This document shows positions 30,172 through 38,660 of a stretch of DNA of 64,000 nt, piece by piece. This DNA is from a virus: positions 1 through 64,000 of the IMG/VR virus record IMGVR_UViG_3300023174_000058; one strand, written 5' to 3'. The notes under the pieces were generated by a model, which was not told where the DNA came from, searched no databases, and was given only the letters and a program-made list of their open reading frames with translations. Both the position numbers and the translations under genes were made by a program. Within the stretch, counting starts at the first letter, position 1. Every line of letters begins with the position of its first letter.

Positions 30172-30867
30172 TTGAAATTAATATTTGATCATACAAAGGG
30201 CTTCGGCAAGATGCGCGATCAGGTCGTATTTTACGCACCTTACGGGGCCTTGTTTGAACCACAAGAATATGACGAAGCACTACAGAACGGTTGGTTCCCA
30301 ACTAGTAATGCTCTATGGTTCCAAAGTAGATCAACAAGGTTAGACCTTTCACAATATGAACCAAGCGCAACAGTATTAAAATTAGCAAAGAATGTTAAAT
30401 ACTATCCAGATGTCAACATGACTGCGGATAAAAGAGCAAGACTCGCTGACATATATAAAAAATATCTTGATTACAAAGGTTACAAAGATCAAGGTTATTC
30501 AATAGATGAAATTATAAAATCATCACATGGGCATATATATTATGTTTATGATTCAAAGATCGTTGCTTTCTTGTTTTTTAAAATTGTAAATAAAAATCTA
30601 TTGGCGGTAGAGTTTGCTTGGGACTATGAAAACCCCAAGCTGTCTCTTGGTAATGTTAGTATGTATTACACATCGCTGCTTGCTAAATTTAAAAAATGTA
30701 ATTACATTTACATGAGCGCAGGATATGAGAGTTGTTCCGCTTACAAGGCAAATTTTAAAGGGTTTGAATGGTGGACTGGTTACAGTTGGAGCAAAGATGT
30801 TGACACCTACAAACAGCTTTGTTATGATGACGACATGGTGATTTTGTTAAACTATAAATACGCATAG
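30172..30867 (+). CDS. Aminoacyl-tRNA-protein transferase (ATE/Bpt-like)
   Basis: GWF...SRSTRL and WDYENPKLSLG...YIYM.AGY...YK..F.GFE match the ATE_N/ATE_C pattern. Confidence 0.7.
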   Translation: MKLIFDHTKGFGKMRDQVVFYAPYGALFEPQEYDEALQNGWFPTSNALWFQSRSTRLDLSQYEPSATVLKLAKNVKYYPDVNMTADKRARLADIYKKYLDYKGYKDQGYSIDEIIKSSHGHIYYVYDSKIVAFLFFKIVNKNLLAVEFAWDYENPKLSLGNVSMYYTSLLAKFKKCNYIYMSAGYESCSAYKANFKGFEWWTGYSWSKDVDTYKQLCYDDDMVILLNYKYA

Positions 30868-30874
30868 GAGAAAC

Positions 30875-31207
30875 ATGGCCGCTAAAAAACGTAAGTATAA
30901 TAGGACTGCTACGCCAAAACCAAAGCCTAAGCCAAAACTCACTCACGGACAAAAGATTAGCGAAACCAAACAGTTAATCAAAAAGCTATCAGAAAAGTTC
31001 CCTATCGGAGAAATGGTTACAGAAAAGTACCACCCAGAAAATGTAGGTTTAATTTCTGGCAAGATAGTTGCAAAAAGATACTCTGAAGAATACATTCATG
31101 CAACTGTTGATGTTCTTTGGATTACAAACAAATGGTATGGCGACGGACAGGTTTACCAGTATCACACTAACTGTCTCAAGGTTCGCAAGGAAAAGAAAGT
31201 TGTTTAA
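30875..31207 (+). CDS. Basic protein with SH3-like C-terminus
   Basis: FPIGEMV...GLI...DVLW. Confidence 0.5.
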   Translation: MAAKKRKYNRTATPKPKPKPKLTHGQKISETKQLIKKLSEKFPIGEMVTEKYHPENVGLISGKIVAKRYSEEYIHATVDVLWITNKWYGDGQVYQYHTNCLKVRKEKKVV

Positions 31208-31274
31208 GTCGGAAGTAAGTTGTGTTATAGTTCTTTCATCAACCCGCCCCGTAGTGGGCAGAAAAGGAAAACAA

Positions 31275-31568
31275 ATGGCTCGCTCAACTTCACGTTCAAC
31301 CCGCTCAACCCGTCGCACTGCTTCACGCACCACCCGTCGCGTAGGCACCGATAGCCGTACCCGTACCTCAACCCCAAAGGTATCAAGCGTACGCCGTAAT
31401 CTAAAGTACTTTACTTTTACCTACAACCGCGATGACGTTAGCCACGCTGCTAATGCCAATGGTGTAGTGATCGTAGACCGCCTAAACAATGGCACCGCTG
31501 TATCGCTTTCGCTACAGGAAGCCAAGTCACTATATGACTTCCTTGCTACACAAATTCGTACACGCTAA
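31275..31568 (+). CDS. Protein with Arg/Ser/Thr-rich N-terminus
   Basis: Strong RBS, biased codons, terminator downstream. Confidence 0.6.
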   Translation: MARSTSRSTRSTRRTASRTTRRVGTDSRTRTSTPKVSSVRRNLKYFTFTYNRDDVSHAANANGVVIVDRLNNGTAVSLSLQEAKSLYDFLATQIRTR

Positions 31569-31602
31569 TCCTCCTGCCTCCTCCTTCTAAAGCGTGTTCG
31601 AT

Positions 31603-31641
31603 GCCCCCACTACTTAGAAATAGGTAGTGGGGGCTTTTTTA
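31603..31641 (+). terminator. Intrinsic terminator
   Basis: gcccccactac...gtagtgggggc-tttttt. Confidence 0.8.
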
Positions 31642-31653
31642 TTGGAGATACAC

Positions 31654-32073
31654 ATGAGCAAGCATGAAGATTTTGGGAAGTATTTATTTGAAACTTATCC
31701 TAAGATTTTTCCTAAGCCTCTATGGGTAGAATGCGGTATTGGCTGGTTTAATATTGTTGATGACCTGTCAAAAGAAATTACCGGTTATGTATCTAAACTA
31801 CCAGATACAACGGAAGATCCATATGTTACAGTTGTGCAAATAAAAGAAAAGTTTGGTGGTCTTCGTTATTATATTCATTATCATGGTTTAACAGACGATC
31901 AAATTTATGAAGTCGAAAGTCTTATTCGAGTCGCTGAAAGTAAATCCTCTGCCACTTGTGAAGATTGCGGAGGAGATGGCACAAGAGTAGCACCTAGAAA
32001 ATATTGGATGCGTACACTTTGCAAAAACTGTATAGAAAATTATGATATGGGAGATACTCCAAATGGACAATAA
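31654..32073 (+). CDS. Phage protein with QIKEKFGGLRYY motif
   Basis: GW...QIKEKFGGLR..TCEDCG..TLC. Confidence 0.65.
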   Translation: MSKHEDFGKYLFETYPKIFPKPLWVECGIGWFNIVDDLSKEITGYVSKLPDTTEDPYVTVVQIKEKFGGLRYYIHYHGLTDDQIYEVESLIRVAESKSSATCEDCGGDGTRVAPRKYWMRTLCKNCIENYDMGDTPNGQ

Positions 32074-32311
32074 AAATTATACTCTTGTTATACGAACCGG
32101 AACTGGTGTTTGGGATTCTAAGACAAGAGTTTGTTGCGATATTCATATGGCTAGACTTATACTTGATGCGATGCTACGAGCCCATCCAAAAAGCAATCGC
32201 GGAGAAATAATTGACGGCGATCGTGATTATATTATGGACAGTCGAGTAAAACCAATGGTAAAAGTAATCAGGAGAGAAGATGGGATCATTATTGAGGACA
32301 ATAACAATTAA
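32063..32311 (+). CDS. Hypothetical protein
   Basis: ORF. Confidence 0.45.
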   Translation: MDNKNYTLVIRTGTGVWDSKTRVCCDIHMARLILDAMLRAHPKSNRGEIIDGDRDYIMDSRVKPMVKVIRREDGIIIEDNNN

Positions 32312-32534
32312 ACAAGATCCACTAGAAGATTTTATGATTGATGATTGTCAGCTAATACAATCTATACTAATCGATAAAGGTTTTTATGCCACACTTGAGC
32401 AATGCCAGATTTTGTGGAAAATGCATAGCGAGTGTTATGCAGCAGGATGGTTAAATCTTTATGAAAGCAAGGAATCAATTTATGATGCGATTAGAGTCTA
32501 TTTTCACGAAGATAAAACCTTATTTGAATCGTGA
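32280..32534 (+). CDS. Hypothetical protein
   Basis: W..HSE.YAAGWL motif. Confidence 0.5.
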   Translation: MGSLLRTITIKQDPLEDFMIDDCQLIQSILIDKGFYATLEQCQILWKMHSECYAAGWLNLYESKESIYDAIRVYFHEDKTLFES

Positions 32535-33051
32535 TACTTTTACAGCAGAATTAGAATACCTTTGGATAAGATTTATTGATGTTGTATTTCGGCAACCTTG
32601 GCATTGGTTTCGCTGTCATTTTATTCCCAAACATAAGTTTCACATTCTTGACCTACGCAGAGCCGGGAATGGTTATGCTTGGGGCTGGTACGATACAGAT
32701 AGTCGCATGCTACACGCTTGTTTTCTTCTGCTAAAAGATTATGTTGAACTAGAGAAGCCATTTGAAAATGTTGATTGGGAAGAAAATGAAATTCATAGCA
32801 ACGTAGCAAAAGAAATTCGTGAACTTTATCACTGGTGGACAGTAGAACGCCCAGCTTCTCGTAAGCAACTGCATGACGATTGGGAAAGTTGTCCAGAACA
32901 TTCTCGTTTTGAAAAAGACGAAAACGGTGACTATAGAATCATCATTCCAGAATCACACAAAATTCTTACGAAACGGCAGTGGGATTACGAGCAAGAAGAC
33001 CAGCACAATCTTGAACGGCTTATAAAGATTAGAGGGTTCTTGTGGACGTAA
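32461..33051 (+). CDS. Hypothetical phage protein
   Basis: LY.WWT..RP and LI.IR..LWT motifs. Confidence 0.55.
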   Translation: MKARNQFMMRLESIFTKIKPYLNRDTFTAELEYLWIRFIDVVFRQPWHWFRCHFIPKHKFHILDLRRAGNGYAWGWYDTDSRMLHACFLLLKDYVELEKPFENVDWEENEIHSNVAKEIRELYHWWTVERPASRKQLHDDWESCPEHSRFEKDENGDYRIIIPESHKILTKRQWDYEQEDQHNLERLIKIRGFLWT

Positions 33052-33254
33052 AATATAAATTTGAAATTGGTGATATGGTAGAGTTTACACTAACCGCTTA
33101 TGGTAGTCCCAAAGCATATCATGGAGTTATATCGGAACGGTATGGCGGCGTAGATCACTACTCAGGTAAGATGAGTGTTTATAAAATTTGTTGTCTAGAA
33201 AAACGAATGATAGAATTTACAATAAGCGAGATACTAATTATAGGAAAAGTTTAG
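33042..33254 (+). CDS. Small GD-motif SH3-like paralogue
   Basis: KFEIGDMV start. Confidence 0.55.
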   Translation: MDVKYKFEIGDMVEFTLTAYGSPKAYHGVISERYGGVDHYSGKMSVYKICCLEKRMIEFTISEILIIGKV

Positions 33255-33266
33255 AGGAAAAAATGA

Positions 33267-33506
33267 TTGGAGCCAAGATTTGATGTTGGAGATATGATTG
33301 AACTAGTGCCAGAAAATTTTCCAGATGATTGGTATGAAGGCATAGGAATAATACTTCAAATAGAAAATGGAAAATATTCTGTGCATGTATTTAGTTTAGT
33401 CAAAACATCAAGAAAAAGACTAACAACATACGTATTAGGTGAAAAGAGAATTCAATTTTCTGTTGTAGAGGCCGATGAAAATGGCTATTTTAAATTACTA
33501 GCCTAA
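33267..33506 (+). CDS. Small GD-motif SH3-like paralogue
   Basis: FDVGDMI...KLLA. Confidence 0.55.
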   Translation: MEPRFDVGDMIELVPENFPDDWYEGIGIILQIENGKYSVHVFSLVKTSRKRLTTYVLGEKRIQFSVVEADENGYFKLLA

Positions 33507-33525
33507 TTATGTTGGAGGTAGTTAA

Positions 33526-34107
33526 ATGGCGCTAATAACAGAGAAACAACTCAAAAGCATTTATCCTAATTGCTATCCAGATAAATTAAAACTATACTGT
33601 GAGGCATTTAATAATATATGGCCGCTGTTTGAAATAACAACTCCAAAACGCATCGCAGCGTTCCTAGGTCAAATTGGTGTTGAAAGCGGTGAATTGAAAT
33701 ACGATAAGGAATTACCAAGCAAATGGAATATGAAAAACCCAAAAGATCCAAGCGAAAAGGTTGGCACATTATACGAAGGGCGTAAGACTCTTGGCAACAT
33801 AATGCCCGGGGATGGTCCTAAGTTTATTGGGCGAGGTATACTTCAATTAACGGGCCGCGCTAACTACGTTGAATACAGCCGTAAATTAAAAATTGATTTA
33901 ACAACCAACCCAGACCTTGCTGCTACACCAGAAGTTAGTGTTAAAATTGCCTGTCAATTCTTTAAGGATCGTAAACTTATAGAAGCAGCAGATAAATGGG
34001 ATCTTGATACGGTAACTGAAAGAGTAAATGGAAAAGTTAAGCTGCATCACGATAAGCGAGTTGCTTACTCTGAGAGAGCTTTAAAAGTTTTAGAAGCGAA
34101 CGTTTAA
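33526..34107 (+). CDS. Glycoside hydrolase family 19 endolysin
   Basis: AAFLGQIGVESG, GDGPKFIGRGILQLTGRANY, VNG. Confidence 0.9.
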   Translation: MALITEKQLKSIYPNCYPDKLKLYCEAFNNIWPLFEITTPKRIAAFLGQIGVESGELKYDKELPSKWNMKNPKDPSEKVGTLYEGRKTLGNIMPGDGPKFIGRGILQLTGRANYVEYSRKLKIDLTTNPDLAATPEVSVKIACQFFKDRKLIEAADKWDLDTVTERVNGKVKLHHDKRVAYSERALKVLEANV

Positions 34108-34203
34108 TGGCCTGTGCTTCTAAAAACACTACAGGTGTCATGACAAGAGCTTGCACCTGTAGTGTCCTTATTAATCCCGCCTTGCGATAGTATCCTTGGC
34201 CCG

Positions 34204-34238
34204 ACGCCCCGCTGGAAACAGATGGGGCGTTTCTTTTT
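34204..34238 (+). terminator. Intrinsic terminator
   Basis: acgcccc...ggggcgt-ttctttt. Confidence 0.7.
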
Positions 34239-34239
34239 G

Positions 34240-34268
34240 TTGACATCCTATGTTACATGTGGCATACT
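34240..34268 (+). promoter_or_regulatory. sigma70-type promoter driving the GDI array (leaderless start)
   Basis: TTGACA-17-CATACT-6nt-ATG(34275). Confidence 0.65.
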
Positions 34269-34274
34269 TACCTC

Positions 34275-34529
34275 ATGGATAGCATATCAGATCTTAATCG
34301 CTTTAAGAAGATGAAGCGCGGCGATATTTGGCTTGATAAAGATGGCGATTATATCCTTATCAAAGATATCTACAAAGGTTGGCAAAAAGATAAAAAAACT
34401 ATAAAATGGGTTTGTATTGATGCTATTATTTTAAGCGCTAATTCCCAAGCCTTTATTGAAGCCAGTTATCATTCTGGATACTTTATTCAAGATTATGTGC
34501 CAGATTGTATTGTAGAAAAGGTAGCATGA
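34275..34529 (+). CDS. GDI-family small paralogue
   Basis: RGDIW...EKVA. Confidence 0.7.
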   Translation: MDSISDLNRFKKMKRGDIWLDKDGDYILIKDIYKGWQKDKKTIKWVCIDAIILSANSQAFIEASYHSGYFIQDYVPDCIVEKVA

Positions 34530-34735
34530 TGAATTCTAAATTCGACGTTGGCGATATAATTATTAAAGATTTTCCAACAGCTGATCCTAATGATTATCGT
34601 ATTATAGTTAAAAAGTATAAAGGTTCTTTCTTTAATAAACAAAGATGGTTATACGATTATTATCATCTAGGAAATAATTATTTGGATTTTGATACTGTTG
34701 ATTATGTAGACCAAACGTTTAAGAAAGTCGCATAA
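34526..34735 (+). CDS. GDI-family small paralogue
   Basis: FDVGDII...KKVA. Confidence 0.7.
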   Translation: MMNSKFDVGDIIIKDFPTADPNDYRIIVKKYKGSFFNKQRWLYDYYHLGNNYLDFDTVDYVDQTFKKVA

Positions 34736-34944
34736 TGGATAAATATTATTATGTAACGTTGCAGGATATATGTTCTGGTGATATTTTATGCAATAGATTT
34801 AATAAGGAAGACAAATATCTTGTACTTGACGATACAATAAACTTAACATTACTTGAGATAAACACAGGTCGTTATATTAATCCGACACCATTAGATTTAA
34901 TTCATAATTTTTTAAAGGTTCTTGACGATGTTTCAAGTGGGTGA
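34735..34944 (+). CDS. GDI-family small paralogue
   Basis: SGDIL. Confidence 0.6.
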   Translation: MDKYYYVTLQDICSGDILCNRFNKEDKYLVLDDTINLTLLEINTGRYINPTPLDLIHNFLKVLDDVSSG

Positions 34945-35095
34945 TATAGTAACATATATTGATGACCTTGACGGATTTCATTATCTTGTGACAAAGATAG
35001 ATCGTCATAAAGGAATTGAATTGCTTTGCTTAGAAGACGGTAGAACAACTTGGGATACTTACAAAGCAATGGATTGCTATGAGATTTATGCATGA
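34928..35095 (+). CDS. GDI-family small paralogue (55 aa, not in ORF track)
   Basis: MFQVGDIVTY...YEIYA translated by hand. Confidence 0.65.
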   Translation: MFQVGDIVTYIDDLDGFHYLVTKIDRHKGIELLCLEDGRTTWDTYKAMDCYEIYA

Positions 35096-35301
35096 ACCCA
35101 AGACCACAGACCGGCGACATCTGGGAAATCTACGGCCCAGCAGGGTACGGTCGTCCCGTACTCGTTGTTGACATTATATTTGATAAGCAGTATAATAGCC
35201 ATGTTGCTATTATGAAACACTTGACCGGGAATCAAATAGTTTTTGAAGCTCCTATTGTTTCTATTCGTCAAGGAGTCGGCATATGGCAAAAAATAGCATA
35301 G
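35092..35301 (+). CDS. GDI-family small paralogue
   Basis: PQTGDIW...QKIA. Confidence 0.7.
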   Translation: MNPRPQTGDIWEIYGPAGYGRPVLVVDIIFDKQYNSHVAIMKHLTGNQIVFEAPIVSIRQGVGIWQKIA

Positions 35302-35483
35302 ATAGTCTATATGATATTGGCGATATAGTACTTTATTTTGGAAAACATTATTGCCTAGTTGTTGATATCCTAAACCCACCAGCGAGTAACCTAAGCGTTT
35401 ATAAAATGTTAAATCTTAAAACAGGAGTAAAACAATCTTGGTTTACACCTGACGTTGACAGGAACAGCGAGTTTATCGCATGA
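35283..35483 (+). CDS. GDI-family small paralogue
   Basis: YDIGDIV...EFIA. Confidence 0.7.
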   Translation: MAKNSIDSLYDIGDIVLYFGKHYCLVVDILNPPASNLSVYKMLNLKTGVKQSWFTPDVDRNSEFIA

Positions 35484-35677
35484 CAAACCGATTTCAAATA
35501 GGTGACATAGTATCCTTTGACCAGCCCGTAGATATTTCTTCAGGTCAATTGAGTTATTTTATAATAAGCGACATAGATTTTACTATACAAAAATATACAG
35601 CTTTACTTATAGGAACAGACGCAACGTATACATATACAATCTATACAATGGATTCAATTTTCTATAAGGTGGCGTAA
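35480..35677 (+). CDS. GDI-family small paralogue
   Basis: FQIGDIV...YKVA. Confidence 0.7.
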   Translation: MTNRFQIGDIVSFDQPVDISSGQLSYFIISDIDFTIQKYTALLIGTDATYTYTIYTMDSIFYKVA

Positions 35678-35871
35678 TGTTTGCTATTGGTGACATTTGG
35701 ATGTGGACCAAAAATAGTGCCGATCATCCAACCGATCCAGAATATAATTATTTTCTTATTCTTGATGATGAGTGGGGACATAAAGTTCTTTATTTAAAAG
35801 ATGGTAGATTTGCGCATTATGCAACTGGCAATTTACAATACAATAAAGTTCATCTCAAGTTTATCGCATGA
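35677..35871 (+). CDS. GDI-family small paralogue
   Basis: FAIGDIW...KFIA. Confidence 0.7.
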   Translation: MFAIGDIWMWTKNSADHPTDPEYNYFLILDDEWGHKVLYLKDGRFAHYATGNLQYNKVHLKFIA

Positions 35872-36143
35872 GCAAGAAAAACAAAACGCCTAAATCAATA
35901 GGCCATAAATATAAATTTAGCTATCCTCCCAAGTTTGGTAAGGGAGACATCTTGCGCTATCATGTGCATGACACAGAGGATGCAACCTTTGGTGAAGATC
36001 ACCGGATTATGATCTTAGACATCAGAGAGTATTCGCTAAGTACTGAAAAGATGTTCCAGTACCTTTGTTATTGGCTTGACGAAGGACACTATGTAGAGTA
36101 CAATACTTGGTATGTAGATTTCCACTTTACGAAGGTAGCATGA
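35868..36143 (+). CDS. GDI-family small paralogue
   Basis: FGKGDIL...TKVA. Confidence 0.7.
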   Translation: MSKKNKTPKSIGHKYKFSYPPKFGKGDILRYHVHDTEDATFGEDHRIMILDIREYSLSTEKMFQYLCYWLDEGHYVEYNTWYVDFHFTKVA

Positions 36144-36343
36144 TGGACGCACCAGCCAAAGGCGATATTTGGATGGATGATGAAGGCCAGTGTTTTCTTT
36201 ATCTAACAGATCCTGTTTATAGCACGGATGGTGTTTTAAGAGCAACAACGCTATGGCTAAACACGGGGCTTAAAGAAAGAAGTGAATTTAGTTTTAATCC
36301 CGAAACACTTACACTTTATTATTGGTGGACAAAGGTAGCATAA
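36140..36343 (+). CDS. GDI-family small paralogue
   Basis: PAKGDIW...TKVA. Confidence 0.7.
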   Translation: MMDAPAKGDIWMDDEGQCFLYLTDPVYSTDGVLRATTLWLNTGLKERSEFSFNPETLTLYYWWTKVA

Positions 36344-36345
36344 CC

Positions 36346-36537
36346 ATGAAATATGATATTGGTGATATTGTTTATGCATCGTCTATTAATAGGCATGCGT
36401 TAATAACTAACTATCTAAAAGATGAGCACTTCCCAAAAGCTGGTTTTCTAAAGTATCAATTGTTTTGTTTAGAAGCCGGGACATTTCATGATGAAGACAT
36501 CGACAAGGCAGATGATCTTACCGTAAAGGTAGCATGA
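36346..36537 (+). CDS. GDI-family small paralogue
   Basis: YDIGDIV...VKVA. Confidence 0.7.
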   Translation: MKYDIGDIVYASSINRHALITNYLKDEHFPKAGFLKYQLFCLEAGTFHDEDIDKADDLTVKVA

Positions 36538-36725
36538 TGTACAAAAAAGGCGACATAATCAAGATGGAAGATCCTTATGGCCCTGCTGGATCGACATTTT
36601 ATAAACATTACTTGATCCTTGACACACGCCAGCATTACGTGTATAATGTTCTTTGTGTTGAAACGGGGAATGCAGATATTATGAATAAAAATTATGTTCG
36701 TAAACATGCGGAGTTTGTAGCATGA
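36534..36725 (+). CDS. GDI-family small paralogue
   Basis: YKKGDII...EFVA. Confidence 0.7.
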   Translation: MMYKKGDIIKMEDPYGPAGSTFYKHYLILDTRQHYVYNVLCVETGNADIMNKNYVRKHAEFVA

Positions 36726-36907
36726 GCAAACCACAGGTTGGGGACATTTGGGAATCTACTATTATTAATAAAAAGTATCTATTAGTAGAGCTTACATTTG
36801 AAGACGAAACTCATAAAACTTTCAGTGTCTTTCCTATTGGACATAACGATTCACTACTATTTGCGAATTTTTATAACGATCTAGCCGGATGGGAGTTTGT
36901 AGCATGA
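36722..36907 (+). CDS. GDI-family small paralogue
   Basis: PQVGDIW...EFVA. Confidence 0.7.
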   Translation: MSKPQVGDIWESTIINKKYLLVELTFEDETHKTFSVFPIGHNDSLLFANFYNDLAGWEFVA

Positions 36908-37095
36908 AACTCAAATACGAGAAGGGCGACATCGTAGGACTTTATGATAACTCTACAAAACAAATCTTTGAATACCTTCTTATCACAAACTTAGATTATA
37001 AATATTATCATTGCTATAGCTTGACTAACGGATGCGATAGCAAAGAAACTTTTTATGTTCTTGAGAAAGGTTTTTGGTCGGAGAAGGTAGCATGA
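36904..37095 (+). CDS. GDI-family small paralogue
   Basis: YEKGDIV...EKVA. Confidence 0.7.
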   Translation: MKLKYEKGDIVGLYDNSTKQIFEYLLITNLDYKYYHCYSLTNGCDSKETFYVLEKGFWSEKVA

Positions 37096-37286
37096 GCCGC
37101 AAATATAATAAGGGTGACATAATAAAAGCTGATTATCAAACTGACGGCAATATTTGGTATTTGCTTATTACCGATATACCAAAAGGTGGTTATCACTACC
37201 ACTACATTTGTTTAAATAACGGGCAGCAAGATCTAGCGGTATCAAGAATAATTGATACCTCGCCCCATTATAAATTATATGCCTAG
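37092..37286 (+). CDS. GDI-family small paralogue
   Basis: YNKGDII...KLYA. Confidence 0.7.
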   Translation: MSRKYNKGDIIKADYQTDGNIWYLLITDIPKGGYHYHYICLNNGQQDLAVSRIIDTSPHYKLYA

Positions 37287-37302
37287 CAGTGAGGGTAGCA
37301 TA

Positions 37303-37491
37303 ATGCGCGTAAAGGTTGGCGACATCATAGGCATCAGGCATTACAGCGGCGCTGGTGTCACAGAGGGCAACTATTATCTTATTACCAAAACCCGTAATCA
37401 TTTCCGCTATGTAGCTATCTTTCTTGGGGATGGCACAACAACCGAACTAGATAAAAGTTATGTTGACAACTATGGGGTAAAGGTGGCATAA
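37303..37491 (+). CDS. GDI-family small paralogue
   Basis: VKVGDII...VKVA. Confidence 0.7.
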   Translation: MRVKVGDIIGIRHYSGAGVTEGNYYLITKTRNHFRYVAIFLGDGTTTELDKSYVDNYGVKVA

Positions 37492-37724
37492 TGCCAGCAC
37501 AGAAGCACAAGAAGATCAAAAGGGAACCAAAGTATGCGGTGGGCGACATACTCCGCATGGATTTTGGTATACTTGGTCATAAAAAAGAGCGACTTGTTTA
37601 TTATGCAATCATAACCCGGGTGGGTAAGAGCAGCTATGACTACAATTACCTAGACAATTGGGAAGATGAAACTGAAAGCCATGACTTTGTGGACGAGCAC
37701 AAAGGGATAACACTCCATGCCTAA
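37491..37724 (+). CDS. GDI-family small paralogue
   Basis: YAVGDIL...TLHA. Confidence 0.7.
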   Translation: MPAQKHKKIKREPKYAVGDILRMDFGILGHKKERLVYYAIITRVGKSSYDYNYLDNWEDETESHDFVDEHKGITLHA

Positions 37725-37914
37725 ATATAAACCCAAGTACAAGGCGGGCGATATATTAAAAGCAGATTACGGGGTTGATGAGAAAGTTTGGTATATGCTG
37801 ATTACAAAAGTAGGAGTAAACCTATACGACTATCTTTATTTGAACAACGGGAAGCAAAGTCAAACAGCAATCATGGCGGTTGACCGCTCCCATTATATAA
37901 GGTACTATGCCTAG
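37717..37914 (+). CDS. GDI-family small paralogue
   Basis: YKAGDIL...RYYA. Confidence 0.7.
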   Translation: MPKYKPKYKAGDILKADYGVDEKVWYMLITKVGVNLYDYLYLNNGKQSQTAIMAVDRSHYIRYYA

Positions 37915-37928
37915 CAGTGGAGGCACTC

Positions 37929-38117
37929 ATGCCTAAGTATAATGTAGGCGACATCATAAATATAAATTATTATCCTGATGGCAGTAGTGGCTTCTATGCA
38001 CTAATAACCAGTATGGATGAGCGTACCTATTATTTCAACTATCTTGATACTTGGGAAGCTGATTGTTGGGACATTAGGATAGCAGATAGTGGATCATCCA
38101 TAACGTTCTATGCATAA
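37929..38117 (+). CDS. GDI-family small paralogue
   Basis: YNVGDII...TFYA. Confidence 0.7.
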   Translation: MPKYNVGDIININYYPDGSSGFYALITSMDERTYYFNYLDTWEADCWDIRIADSGSSITFYA

Positions 38118-38133
38118 TAGTCGGAGCATCACT

Positions 38134-38322
38134 ATGCCTAAATATGATGTTGGGGACATTATAAAGATTACACCAATCGACGACTCTTCTAGAGCTTGGT
38201 ACGCGCTAATAACCAAAATGGATAGTAGTAGGTATTACTATTTCTATTTTGATAACGGTGATCCTGATTGGGCAGCTTTTGAAGGTCTTGATTATAGTGA
38301 CAGGATAAGCCTATATGCCTAA
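38134..38322 (+). CDS. GDI-family small paralogue
   Basis: YDVGDII...SLYA. Confidence 0.7.
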   Translation: MPKYDVGDIIKITPIDDSSRAWYALITKMDSSRYYYFYFDNGDPDWAAFEGLDYSDRISLYA

Positions 38323-38357
38323 ACATAATGTATAATTAGTGGCTAATTATTATAGTT

Positions 38358-38606
38358 ATGCCATCAGACAAACCATACGACCATCCAGATATCGGACCAC
38401 CACAATTTGATGTAGGCGACATAATAACATATCACATCATTACTACGGGCGGCGTAACAATAGAACATTACCATTGTCTTGTAATGGATTTATACTTTCA
38501 TCACATACAAGAACATTGGTATTATACCCTATTAAATCTAAATGGCGGCAGAACAGCAGATCATCCAACCCACCATATAGATGGGCATTTTCAACTTTTA
38601 CTTTAA
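38358..38606 (+). CDS. GDI-family small paralogue
   Basis: FDVGDII. Confidence 0.65.
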   Translation: MPSDKPYDHPDIGPPQFDVGDIITYHIITTGGVTIEHYHCLVMDLYFHHIQEHWYYTLLNLNGGRTADHPTHHIDGHFQLLL

Positions 38607-38660
38607 AACTTATCAATTCTTGTATGTTTATGCTACAATGCTAAAGTTGGGGAACATTAG

